Assembly (NCBI GenBank): GCA_951406725.2
Contig: OX597835.1
Location: 46,686,001 to 46,750,000 of the forward strand
From: Octopus vulgaris
Lineage: Eukaryota
DNA length: 64,000 nucleotides
Direction of reading: 5' to 3'
Under the pieces are notes generated by a model. It saw only the letters and a list, made by a program, of their open reading frames with translations, was not told the DNA's origin and did not search any database. Positions 37,935-51,497 of this stretch are shown in pieces (positions within the stretch are counted from its first letter, which is position 1; each line of letters opens with the position of its first letter). The position numbers and the translations under genes are program-made.

Positions 37935-38650
37935 AGTCAGACGAACAAAGGCAGCACAGGTGACATTTTTTAAGATCTCAAAGACTGTTAAGAGGAATTG
38001 ATAAAGTTGTTTCCAAACCGCAGGCGTGGTTGTGTGGTTAAGGAGCTTGGTGGCCAACCACAGGGTTACGGGTTCAGTCACACTGCGTGGCACCTTGGAC
38101 GGGTGTCTTCAACTATAGCCCTGGCCCAACCAAAGCCTTGTGAGTAGATATGAAAGACAGAAACTGAAAAGAAGCCCCGCCATATACATCCATCCATACA
38201 TACATACTCACACATACAGATATATATCACACCACATCACACCACCCCGCACACATTAGCACTGACCACTTCCCAGCACCCACACCATCATCCACACACC
38301 TACACATGCACACACCCACACGTCAAAGTCACCAGCCCTTATCCACATGCACACACACGCTCTCACATACACACGTACGCACACCTTCGTTTTGGGATCA
38401 CCACTAATTTATTATCTCCCCTTCTTCCTAGCTCTCCTGTCTGACCACCTCTATCCGGCCATCACCATGACTGACCGCTAGCCACTAAAACTTTTTTTAT
38501 ATTCTCTGTTTATTTTCTCGTGATCTTTACTGTTGAAGAGCATAGGTTTGAAACGTAAATGATTTTTCTCACCTGCCCGCGCGTTAAACTAATACAGCTG
38601 TTTGTTGTTTACCACACACCAGTCTTCGTTTTTTGTCTTTTGTAAATTCC

Positions 38651-38724
<74 letters not shown>

Positions 38725-39646
38725 GAGTAGGGGCCGATAGTAGACTAAGTACCAGGCTTTAAAAAGTAACAAGCTCTGGAGCCGAACCATTACACAATAA
38801 TTCTTCAAGACGGTACCCCAGCATGGCTGCAGTCGAAGGACTTAATCATGTAAAAGATAAAGGAAACCGGAGGCCTAGCTTATTCGCCTGCAAAAGCGAG
38901 TGTACTCCAGTAGTAGTACCCAGTGACCAGTAAGTGACATGAGACCCTTTGCTTGACCAGTGTATCACTTGTGGTACACTGGACATATTGCACCGGCATC
39001 AATGCATCGTATATGATACACATTCCCAGTTTTTATCAACCAGAACAGTACCTTATAAAAGAAAAGCTTTATGTTACAGAGGAGGTAAGAAACAAAGGAT
39101 AACTGAAAGTTAAAGAACAAACGGGGATGTTTTGGGCAAATAAATGAAAATGCTTTGGACAGTTAAAGGTTTAAAGTTTTCCCGGCTTCAACAAAAAGAA
39201 ATCTGACATTCGTACATAGGGATTTCATCAACCAAATCTTGATAAGAAAACTTACGTTGCGCTGAAATGATAGCTGAAGGCAATTGCTTTGTTGCTTCGC
39301 AAAGGAACGAACCCGAATTTTCGGGCCCGAGATCCAATTTCAACTTCTGGTTCCTTCGATGCAATATTCTATGGTTGCGGTTTCTTGAGTCATATCGGTG
39401 AACAGCAATCAATACGTCGTGTTTCTACGTAGATATCAAACACACAGAGGCCGCATTTTATCTTGCTGTCCATAGTTTCTACGAAGAAATCCAGGAAACT
39501 ATACAGATAACATCTGTGGAAACGAATGAGTAAGCTCCTGACTTAGCTACATCGGGGGATTATGGAATTTTGGAGAATCTGAACATAAACTCTCCAGCTG
39601 ATGAGGTCGAAGTAAATTTAATGGTTTGAAATATATCTGCCTAGGC

Positions 39647-39694
<48 letters not shown>

Positions 39695-39703
39695 GTATGT
39701 ATG

Positions 39704-39734
<31 letters not shown>

Positions 39735-39796
39735 ATACTCACATACATATATACAAATACATACATATAAAAATATACATACACATGTATATATAT

Positions 39797-40003
39797 GCGC
39801 AGGAGTGGCTGTGTGGTAAGTAGATTGCTTACCAGCCACATGGTTCCGGGTTTATTACTACTACGTGATATCTTGGGCAAGTGTCTTCTTCTATAGTCTC
39901 ATGTCGACCAAAGCCATGAGAGTGGATTTGGTAGGCGGAAACTGAAAGAAGCCCGTCGTATATATGTATGTATATGCATATATATATATATATATATATA
40001 TAA

Positions 40004-40035
<32 letters not shown>

Positions 40036-40248
40036 TTGTGTGTCTGTGTCTGACCGCCCCAACATCGCTTGACGACCGATGCTGGTGTGTTTACGTGCCC
40101 CGTAACTTAGCGGTTCGGCCGATAGAATAAGTACTCGACCTATAAAAGAAGTACTAGGCTTACAAAGAATAAGTCCTGGGGTCGATTTGCTCGACTAAAG
40201 GCGGTGCTCCAGCAGGGCCGTAGTCAAATGACTGAAACAAGTAAAAGG
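39797..40248 (+). mobile_element. tRNA-derived SINE, family A
   Basis: Homologous to 2623-3052. Confidence 0.85.
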
Positions 40249-41330
40249 GTACATATTTACATTACATACAAATACACACATACATATATAAATATAAATG
40301 TGTGTGTGTGCCCACGCGCGTGTGTACGTGTGTACGTGCCTCTGTGTGTGTGTGTGTGTGTGTGTGTACTAGCGGGACGTGGATATTTCTCAGAATTAAT
40401 AGTGAACCTATTGGGTTATTTCTGAAAACTTTATCCCACAAAACCTGAAAGCGTAGCCTGTGTTGTGTCTGTATTAAAAGATAATCTCTCATCTGCTAAT
40501 CATTAAAAAAGTAAAGGAAATTGGAATACGATGATTACTTAATGCACTTTATATATACACTTTACATACTTTATGCACAATTTTACGGGTGTTAATACAC
40601 TCTCCGTCTTTCTCTCTCACTTTTCACCTTACTCTCTTTTTCTCACTCCTTTTTCTTTTGCTCTTCCCCTATCCCTTCAGCTAATCATGTGAAAGCGTTA
40701 CAGACGGGCTAAGTAACGGACGAAAAAAACAACTTAATTATAAAGAAAATAACGCAGTTCACTCTCAGCTCCATCAATGAAATGCTGATAATCTCAAGAA
40801 CCATGAGTTCACCAAAGTTGACTTACCATCAAGGAAAAAGACAGGTCTACTGTTTTTGGGGGAGATAAAGGAACAATCGTGGACACGAGTGTGTTAGTGT
40901 GATTGTTGAAAGAAGTAAACAGCGACGACCTACACGGCCACAAATGATTTGTTAACGTCCTTAGGCTTTTCTTCGTCTTTTTGTGATTTCATTCAAGCAT
41001 AATAAACTGATTGACACAAAAACTTTTACGCTTGGATAGATATAGCCTCTATTCTTTATCATATGACGATATATATGAGAGGGGGGGGGGTTAATAGATT
41101 ACTAACGCATACTAAACAGTTAATGGAGTTGCCACATCAAAATGGCTGGCGAATGTTAGACTGCCAGCAGGGGGAGCGAAAGGAGTTCGCTCCCCCTGCT
41201 AGCAGTGTATTATATATAAAGGATGCCGAAAGTTGCATCGAAAACCAGATGGCGGAGAATCTGCCTGGGGTTAAACTAGTAGTAACATTCACCTGCCACT
41301 TGGACGTGTCAACTAGATTTACTATACATG

Positions 41331-41408
<78 letters not shown>

Positions 41409-41628
41409 ACAATAATAAATCCCTGAACAAGATATAAACAGTAACTGCTCTATAACGTAAAGGGGATCAGCCATCTGAATGTGGCTAGGGACAGGGCGGG
41501 GTGGTGGGGGTGTTACTGATGCTTTTAGCCCCAGGCGATCATCGACGTCACCAGAAGGACCGATACCATATCGGTGTCCTTGTTTGCCTGTAAAGGGAGA
41601 TCATCCTCCCTCGAAGATACGAATACTA

Positions 41629-41671
41629 CATACGGACTGGTTTCGAGGTCATTGCCTCTTATCAACGCATG
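41629..41671 (-). ncRNA. variant hammerhead ribozyme motif (U3-A8 core), inverted-arm copy
   Basis: Minus strand CATGCG-TTGATAA-GAGG(CAATGA)CCTC-GAAA-CCAG-TC-CGTATG. Confidence 0.75.
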
Positions 41672-41776
41672 GTAAGCACCGTTCCTCGATGAAGGATTCC
41701 CTCTACAGGCAACATATATAAGGTTTTTCACAGTAACCACCGTCACTGATGTAGAAAAACCGTCAACGGTGCTTAC

Positions 41777-41819
41777 CATGCGTTGATAAGAGGCAATGAC
41801 CTCGAAACCGGTCCGTATG
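41777..41819 (+). ncRNA. variant hammerhead ribozyme motif (U3-A8 core)
   Basis: CATGCG-TTGATAA-GAGG(CAATGA)CCTC-GAAA-CCGG-TC-CGTATG; palindromic tetraloop CCGG; predicted cleavage after 41813. Confidence 0.82.
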
Positions 41820-41992
41820 TAGTATTCGTATCTTCGAGGGAGGATGATCTCCCTTTACATGCAAACAAGGACACCGATATGGTGTCGGTCCTTCTGGTGA
41901 CGTCGATGATCGCCTGGAGCTAAAAGCATCAGTAACACCCCCACCACCCCGCCCTGTCCCTAGCCACATTCAGATGGCTGATCCCTCTTACG

Positions 41993-42129
<137 letters not shown>

Positions 42130-42230
42130 GGCAAGTGTCTTCTGCTATAGCCCCGGCGCGACCAATGCCTTGTGAGTGGGTTTGATAGACGGAAACTGAA
42201 AGAAGGTCGTCGTATATATACATAAATACA

Positions 42231-42733
<503 letters not shown>

Positions 42734-42821
42734 AATATATGTATATATATATCAAGTTGATGGACATATAACAACGTCAGCCGACACTAAAAATCTATAG
42801 GGAGACATATCTTTATTGATA

Positions 42822-42864
42822 TACCTGATTAGACTTAGACTGTTAAGTCGAAACATATGTTGTA
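42822..42864 (+). ncRNA. hammerhead-like motif with U at core position 8
   Basis: TAC-CTGATTA-GACTTA(GACTGT)TAAGTC-GAAAC-ATAT-GTT-GTA. Confidence 0.65.
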
Positions 42865-42929
42865 CCAAATAAAGATCTAATACCGAATCCATCTCTTGAT
42901 ATCTTGGTATTTAATACATACATACATAG

Positions 42930-43007
<78 letters not shown>

Positions 43008-43059
43008 GTATAGGAAAGAATGGAGCTGAACGAAGATTTAACAAAATTCCTTTATTTTA

Positions 43060-43143
43060 TTTTCGACATATGTTTCGAAGTCTGCAAAGTCCCTAATTCC
43101 GAGTGAATAAGGAGTCCATTATGCAGCTTTCTATTCAGGAAAA
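43060..43143 (-). ncRNA. hammerhead-like motif with U at core position 8
   Basis: Minus strand TTTTC-CTGAATA-GAAAGCTGCA...TGCAGACTTC-GAAAC-ATAT-GTC-GAAAA. Confidence 0.7.
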
Positions 43144-43716
43144 TCCAGGAACTTAATTCTCCAACAAAATGCACAACAAGCTTTTCGACGATTGCTCACG
43201 AGGAGCCCATAAAAATAATGGTAAATAATGTCTATTTATAGGTGGTGATGCCAGATTGGATGAAAGCAGGAGAAATTTCCGTTGACATAGTTCAAGTGCA
43301 GAATCAAGGTAGGAGAAGGAAGGTATAGGAAAATAAAGAGAGTGAATGTATTCTGTATGACTGGTGTTTATATTTGATTTATTTTATGAATGAGTGCTCG
43401 AATGTATGAGTGTGTAAAATTGCCTTAAAGTGTGTGTGTGTGCGTCTTTGAATGCGTGAAAGTGTGTGTGGAAGGTAGAGAGAGAGAGAGAGATAGCAAG
43501 AATTAACGGTCAAGAACTGAAAAGACTGTGTCTGTGTGTTCGAATGTGTCAACTTAATAGGGAGAGGGGGGCCACAATAGCAATGACAAGATACAAGGTT
43601 ACTGTTAGGATTGGTAGTAGTTCTTGGCAACTATAAGAAAGTCTTTTATACTAAAAGGGATGAGATATCACCTTTCAAATTTTTTTAGGAAATCCAGGTG
43701 TTATCTATATTAGACT

Positions 43717-44046
43717 TCATTGGTATGAGAGAAAGGTATGCTTTTTCCAGTGTAGGCATCTGAAAGAACTCTCAACAATCGAGTTTATTAGTCGGCCTCG
43801 GGCAAACAGAATATGAAAGAGTTCGGAATTACATAAGGCACATATTTTTTTGCTCTTATCAAACGGTAAAGACACCGATAATATTGACCATTCCAGCCTA
43901 AAAGTTGAATTTGCGTTCTTCAAACGCCAGACTAATTTGCTTAGCCCAGTGGAGTGTTGTTTCCTTTTATCCCTAAACGTGGAAAAATGATTTGATATTC
44001 TTGTGGCTAATTTAGATGAGGTAGCGCCGATATAGATTTTATGCCC
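43717..44046 (-). pseudogene. GIY-YIG endonuclease fragment of a second PLE family
   Basis: My translation upstream of the listed ORF gives GHKIYIGATSSKLATRISNHFSTFRDKRKQHSTGLSKLVWRLKNANSTFRLEWSIL...ICALCNSELFHIL...LINS...CLHWKK, colinear with 32187-32744. Confidence 0.88.
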
Positions 44047-44145
44047 TATGGTCGTAACTTCAACCGTGCCGTTTCTGTTGTGAATTTGCTACCCAGGTAT
44101 CGGTTATATTTCGAATTATCCGTAATAAGATAATTCATTTGTCTA

Positions 44146-44193
<48 letters not shown>

Positions 44194-44449
44194 TATATAT
44201 ACTGTTGTGTCTGGGGAGAGTCATTCTCTTTTGGTGCCTTATAATTTAACACACTCACCGGTAAAATTCCCACTTATTTCTTTTTTATTTTTCTAAAAGG
44301 CACTAAAAGAGGCACTCTCTCCAGACATAACAGAATATGCTTCAACACTCGAACTCACAAAGAATCTTGCAAACCAAATGCAAAAGCGATTCGGGCTCTT
44401 CATAGATTTCGCATAAGACACGTGCCTGCTTGAAAAATCCTCGCTTTTC

Positions 44450-45096
44450 TGCAATATCTCTAGCCCTAGATGGCTTATTTTTTTTATACCTAGCACTATG
44501 TCTTTCTCCATTTCTAAGTTGAGGGTTAAAATAAAGCAACCCTTCAAAACACAACTGATCTTTACACACAGACGCACAGAATAACATCAATCAACGACAG
44601 CCGAGTGTCCAACAAACATCAGCGATCTGACTGTTGCCTGTACTTTGGACAAGAGATGCCAGTTAGTCTTTTACACCAGCAACGCTGGTTCGCATTAGCC
44701 CGAGTTGCTGGATAAGTTTTCGTTCCTTTAAGAATATTGCAGAACGGAAACTTTTCATAGATTTGAATTTAAATCTTAATCTATACAGAGATTTATTGCT
44801 TCAAGAAAACATTGAATTTGAATGACTTTTAATTTCTACGAGTAAAGATAACAACTCGGGCTGTAGCTTCTGAGCCCGAGTCGGGCGTGTGTGAACGATG
44901 TGAATGATGTCAAGAGAACGTCTGCTACGAATGATATCTTTTGACACAGGGAGCCTCTAAGACGATCGCCAGACGTTGAACGAAAATAGATAAACTGTAA
45001 CGAGGCTCAATAAAAGGAGCCCAAGTTATTGGCTGCAGTTACATACTTGGATTCAGTGTTGGCAGAAATTAAATCATCTTGCCGGAGTCACCACAG
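44450..45096 (-). mobile_element. second copy of the 21877-22595 repeat
   Basis: Reverse-complement homology over ~600 bp. Confidence 0.75.
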
Positions 45097-45100
45097 ATAT

Positions 45101-45131
<31 letters not shown>

Positions 45132-46258
45132 GGGAGGGTTTACGAAAAAAACAAAAGACGAAGACAGGTGGTGTACAAAACAAACTGATGTATTAGTATA
45201 ACGCTCAGGAATAGAAAAAGTCTTTTACGTTTCGAGCCTACGCTCTTCTACAGAAAGGGACACAGAAAAAAAACAAGGAGAGAAACAAGGCTATATATAT
45301 ATATATACACACACACGAACAAACACACACACATATATGCACATATTTGTACATGTATATACAGTAATATTTATGTTTACATATATGCATACATTCATAC
45401 AGTTGTTATGAAGCAGCCTTCTTGTTTTCGACAGGTCTTCGAAAGACATTCATCATTAATCGGGTCACAGTGCAAACAATAATGAGTTAGCAAACATCAA
45501 CAAACACCACACACACCACATGTTGCATAAAGTCAGGCATAAAATATTCATAGAGAGGACATGTGAATAGGTGCGTGTGATTGAAGCATACATTATTTAA
45601 CCGACTTAATGTGTTCTATAGAAAATAGACGACACATTAAGCCAGGCTTAAACGTTTGATACAAAAAGTGAAAGTAAATAAGTAAAGAGGAGCGGGAGCG
45701 GAGAAAGAGGGTAGAGAGACAAATTCAATTTAGCAGATGACCTAAATATTCGTTATTGCTGACTGCTTCTCAGATAACTCTGTCAATCCTACTATCTTTG
45801 CCACCTTCATTTGGTTGCACCAGATCGGGTTTTTTGGTGGCAAAAAGGTGGAAGTGAATTTTATCATCAATGCCTGTAGAGATCTCCATAGTCCATTAAC
45901 GCTTAGGAGCATTCTTCTTCCTTGGAGTAGCTGGCTTCCAGCGTACACTTACCCTGCAAACTTTCATCATCCCGTCGTCTACAGTTTTTTGGTCTTTCAT
46001 CGTTTTAAATTCATCAGCAAATATTTTTAAGTACTTGGTTGCTTTGCCATGTGCATTTGTGTGTACTCAATACCAGCGGCTAATTAAAGACTATGTGCTT
46101 CATCATACCGACCTACACGCGCGTGCGCACACACAGTATTTGTTTCCCAATCACATTATACCGGGTTCAGTCGTCCCACAGCGTGGCACGTTGGGCATGT
46201 GTCTTCTACTACAGCCTCGGGCTGACCAAAGCTTTGTGAATGGATTTGGTAGAAGCTC

Positions 46259-46311
<53 letters not shown>

Positions 46312-46516
46312 GGTGGGGTGTATGCGTGTAAACACACACACACACACATATTGTTTGTGTGTGTCGGCCCGAGGCTATAGTAGAAGACACTTGCCCGAGG
46401 TGCCACGCAATGGGACTGAACCCGGAACCATGTAGTTGGGAAAGAAGCTTTTTACTATACAATATAATAAAACAATCTATGTTTGTGTGTGTGTGTGTTT
46501 TGCATTTATAATAAAA

Positions 46517-47509
46517 CTAGCTTAAGGTGACCCGCTCTACGCGCGGGTGAGGGTGTGGTTGTTACACTCTGTTGCTTCCTTTCTGTTTCTTATCCCCACA
46601 TTCTCCCTCTTTGTTTCTCTCTCCTTTCTCTGTCACTTTCCCACTCGCTTACTCTTCCTTTCTCTCGGACTCTCCCTCGTTTTCTCTTACTCTCTATCTT
46701 GCTCTATCTATCTCTTTCCCATTTATAAAAAAACAAAACAAAAGATCTTGAGTAAGTTGAGAAAGAAATATTTTGAAATATCAATCATAAACATCAATCA
46801 GTGACAACGGAAAGCACACTTGCCTTTTGTACGCGCCACTATTCGAGCGATTAAAAATAAGGAGAGAAAGGATTTCTTTGTTAAATTTAGCACTTATTTT
46901 GGGAATTTCTCGACGATTGACCATGCAAATGAAAGCTCTAAACACGGGCTACATGCAGCCGTAAATTTCTTTCAGAAAAAATGAAAACTGTAAACAGTAA
47001 AGATTAAAAGGCAAAAATACGTAAAAATAAGAAATTTTTTCAACTTCAAAAATCTTGCCTTAATTTTCAAAATTTCGAACCCATTATTTTCCGCGCTTAA
47101 ATTACAAATCCGCTTCCACTTTATCATGTTGATTGAAATCTCTCTATAGATACAGACAGACGGACAGTGAGAGAGGTGGTGGGAGAAAGAGTGACAGAGA
47201 CGGCGAAGCTGTCAAACGTCGTTATAAAGAGAAATTGGAGGGAAAGAAGGAAAGAGAGAGATGGAGGAAAACAGGCTGATATGCGAAAGAGAGAAACGAC
47301 AAACATTTGTCAAAGTGTGGGTTTTGTTGCCCTATTAACCACAACTTTTGAGATAGGGGTGTCTAAAGTAGTCCATTCACTTTCCCGCCTCTTTTTACAT
47401 GTCCCCGTAAATTTTGGAGCCAATCCGACCCCATCTGGTGCCCCTTAACCCGTTCCAATCCCCAAATGAGACAAACAAACTTTTCGCATTTCAGCTTTAT
47501 AGATATTGA
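46517..47509 (-). mobile_element. non-autonomous Helitron, family C
   Basis: Minus strand A|TCAATATCTATAAAGCTGAAATGCGAAAAGTTTGTTTGTC ... CCCGC-GCGTAGA-GCGGG ... CTAG|T. Confidence 0.75.
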
Positions 47510-47554
47510 TAAATATATGCAAATTACAAAAATAATATTAAGAAATATACGGTA

Positions 47555-47637
47555 CAGTACTGTTTCTACTTCGCAGATTTTCACCTACCACGGTGGGGTT
47601 TTAGAACGTAACACCCGCGATAGTCGAGGGATTACTG
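47555..47637. mobile_element. short Tigger/pogo-like MITE remnant
   Basis: TA-CAGTA...CGAGGGATTACTG-TA termini. Confidence 0.5.
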
Positions 47638-49512
47638 TACACATACGTCAATATATATATATATATATATATATGCATATACACATACACATGTAGATGT
47701 GTGTGTGTGTGTGTGCGTGCGTGTGTGTGTGTAAATATATATTCATATTTTACATAGTTTGTGGGGATCACTTACATTGATATTGGTTCTGCAAAGGGTA
47801 CTATTCTGAGCCAAAATGCACCCCTCTTGCCAGTTGGCAACCATCTCTGTCAGGTCTTCCGAGGAGGGGCCAGTCGATTAGTTTGACCCCAGTACACAAC
47901 TGGTACTTAATTTATCGACCCCGAAAGGATGAAGGACAAAGTCGACCGCAGTAGAATTTGAACTCAGAACGTAAAGATAGACGAAATACTGCTAAGCATT
48001 ACGCTTTTATGCCTTTCTTCATGGAATATATTTTGCCAAACTAAATATTGTTTTCTAATTAGCTTTAGGTTATCATCACTGTGTACAATTTTGTTCCGGT
48101 TGATTTCAAATTTGGTGTATGGATTAAGTTTTGTATACTAATTATGAAAATGAAATTCATTTTCCCTATAAATTCATAATTAAAAGTTTATTGAACATCT
48201 GTAACATTTTTGCAAAATTTTTCTGGAATAAATAAATTGCAAATTCGGATTCAGTGTCAAAATTTACACCTATATGATACATTAATGAATTTTTTTGAAC
48301 ATTTCGACATGCAATAACGATAACCACAAAGATCCAATTTAACCTGATTATTTTTATTTAAGAATAACACAGAAAAAAGTATAGATTTTTTTAGAAGTGG
48401 GATGGTATTCAATGCAAAGTCTTTCGGGGTACCTGGCTCAGGTACGAAGAGTGGAACTTTAAGAAATACTGTGTTACGCGATGTTTCTTCTTGGGTTGGG
48501 AGCCCCGAAAAATATTTCCAGATTATTTAAAGCTAAGTATTTAGTTTCGTAACCAAGTGAGATTTAGAAACATAATATTAATTGATAATCCTTTGTGTTG
48601 CAGGTATTAGGCCTGAAGTTCTGGAGGTGTGTGTGTGTGTGTGTGTGGGGGGGGATTTATCGATTAAATCGACTCTAGTGCTCATCTGGTACTTAATTTA
48701 TCGACTCCGAAAGGATAAAATGTAAAGTCGATTTATATTTTAGCGGAATTTAAACTTGGAACGTCATATTAATTCATAACCAAGATAAAAAGTAAATTTT
48801 ATGTCTGATGTTTGGTATTTTAATGTTGACATCAATAATCTTTATCGTTTTCTTTCTCTTTTTTTTTTATTAAATTCGATCCAGTGAAACATTGACAGCT
48901 GCTGGACAGTTGACATACAAAATTCACATAAATTTCTGTCCCAGATTACTGTGTCATTGTTGCTGTTGTTATTGTTGTTTAGTCGCACGACAAGCCTTTC
49001 CGCGGGCCGACCGTCTGGTCACCTCATTGCCAGATTATAGAATCGTCAGAGCGTCAGACAAAATGCTTAGCGGCATACGAACCGATTCTTTATGATCTCA
49101 GTTCAAAACCTTGCAAAGGTCAGATTTGCTTTTCATCTTCCTAGGGTTCGATAAAATTATGTCCCACACAAGTACTGGGGTCGATATAATAGACTCCCCA
49201 CTGTCCTTAAAATCACTGGCCTTGTACCAAAAATGAGGAGGAAATATTTTAAAGGTGGCGAACTGGCAGAATCATTAGAGCATCGGGAAAAAAAAAAAAA
49301 AACCCTGGCGGCATATCTTCCGGCTGCTTTGTTCTGAGTTCAAATGCCACCGAGGTCGACTTTGTTTTTTTTTTTTTTTATCCTTTTCGGGGTGGAATAC
49401 TGGCGAGGATGTAATCGATTTTCCCTTGTCTCAAAATTGTTAGCCTTATACCAAAAAATAGAAAGAACCACCACCACCACCACCACCACCACCACCACCA
49501 CTACCACTACTG

Positions 49513-49557
<45 letters not shown>

Positions 49558-50142
49558 GCTAATTATACATCTGTTACTTTGCTCGATCTCCTAACAAGTG
49601 CAAGAACACTACCTACAAATACTCCCTACCGCTCGAAGGAAAAGGGAAGGACATTAGATAGCGTAGTCCTAGATACACAGTGTCTTATCAATATCATAAG
49701 CGAAATGCTCTCGTTCCTAAGTCCGCTCGATTAGGACATTAACCAGGTGGCATGTATAGATGAGTGTACAGAGTCAACAGATGGGATCCAGAGATTCTCA
49801 CTATGGAAAAGAGTAGCGATCAAATTATTTGAATTTAGACTCGGAAACCTTTACCGAGGACCAGTTCTGCTGGGTAATGTGTGGCTATTAGAGGAATCGA
49901 AGTGAGCAGATATGGGGACAATGGTCAAATAAACAAATAAAACTGCTTAGGTTTGATATACAAAATATATAAAACATATATATATATACATCAAGCGGTT
50001 CGCTTGACTTTTAGAGGCCCTTTGCAACGTTTTGTTGCAGTTCGGTAAAAGAATCCGATAAAATAGCAAAAAAGTTAACAAAGGAAGAAGTACCGTGTTA
50101 ATTGTTCGACCCTACATATCGATCCAGTACTTCTTATATACA

Positions 50143-50272
<130 letters not shown>

Positions 50273-50891
50273 CTCTCTTTTATTTCTTTTTGTCAGTCAT
50301 TGGATTGCGGCCTTCTCACAGACCCACTTTGAATGGTGAATCGAACAAATTCACCCAATACTTCTATTTTTTAAATAATCCAGTGCTTATTCTTTTCCAA
50401 TTTTTTGTCAACCTGCTAAGTTAGGGAATGTAAACAAACCAACACCGGCTGTCAAACGGTATGGGAACAACACACACACCCACATATATAATATTTATGT
50501 ATGTATGTGTATGTGTGAATGTGTGTTTATATATGTGTGTGTGTATGTATGCATGCATGTATGTATGTATACGTGTGTGTACGTATGTAGCCTTTTCTTA
50601 TATGAGACGGCGGGATGTAATTCGAAAAATATGGGTACTATTTTAAGCATATCGCACGACCACCTAGTGGCAGCTCTCCGTCTCTCGACCTCCCTTATCT
50701 CAGTGACGGTTGTCTGTGTTTGTTTTGAAGTTGTAGAGTGAATGAAGTGTGAGCTAAATGAGAAACCAGAGGTTACGGTGCGTCAGGTCAAAGTTCAACA
50801 AGTGACGTCCTTATCAAAACCACTTACATCTAAAACCAATATTGTTATTTATGTAACGCCAAGACATAGATACGGTAATACTGAGTTGAGT

Positions 50892-51277
50892 GGAGGCGCA
50901 ATGGCCCAGTGGTTAGGGCAGCGGACTCGCGGTCATAGGATCGCGGTTTCGATTCCCAGACCGGGCGTTGTGAGTGTTTATTGAGCGAAAAGACCTAAAG
51001 CTCCACGAGGCCCCGGCAGGGGATGGTGGTGATCCCTGCTGTACTCTTTCACCACAACTTTCTCTCACTCTTACTTCCTGTTTCTGTTGTACCTGTATTT
51101 CAAGGGGCCGGCCTTGTCACTCTCTGTGTCACGCTGAATATCCCCGAGAACTACGTTAAGGGTACACGTGTCTGTGGAGTGCTCAGCCACTTACACGTTA
51201 ATTTCACGAGCAGGCTGTTCCGTTGATTCGGATCAACCGGAATCCTCGTCGTCGTAACCGACGGAGTGCTTCCATCC
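50892..51277 (+). mobile_element. tRNA-derived SINE, family C (full length)
   Basis: A box TGGCCCAGTGG, B box GGTTTCGATTCCC, long non-tRNA body; relatives at 10265-10470, 9170-9290 and 63302-63570. Confidence 0.85.
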
Positions 51278-51497
51278 AATACAGAGTTGACTGAAATCAC
51301 GTGATATGGCAGTTCCGGCGCTGACGATTAACAATTCTCGTCTGCAACGATTTGTGTTCGTGCTTTTATAGGAAGGATTTCTCAAGGCCAATAACGCAGT
51401 GTTGCGTGTTTTAACGAGGCATCCACGTTAAGTTGTACGTAAAGATTAACTTTTGGTGTTAATAATGTTTCCATCACTAATAATTATAAATGCTATA

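Larger units (their letters stand above)
43005..44046 (-). mobile_element. 5'-truncated Penelope-like element (GIY-YIG C-terminal half, 3' UTR, HHR)
   Basis: In-frame coding remnant at 44046-43717, 3' UTR with an HHR-like motif at 43060-43143, ending at (TA)n. Confidence 0.85.

Noticed and set aside
45742-46035. Coding-looking unique segment
   Set aside because: Stops interrupt the plausible frames and I recognise no motif; possibly an old transposon fragment.
50892-50965. tRNA gene
   Set aside because: A/B boxes are present, but the sequence continues into a SINE body with other copies in the window and lacks a proper acceptor stem; likewise 63302.
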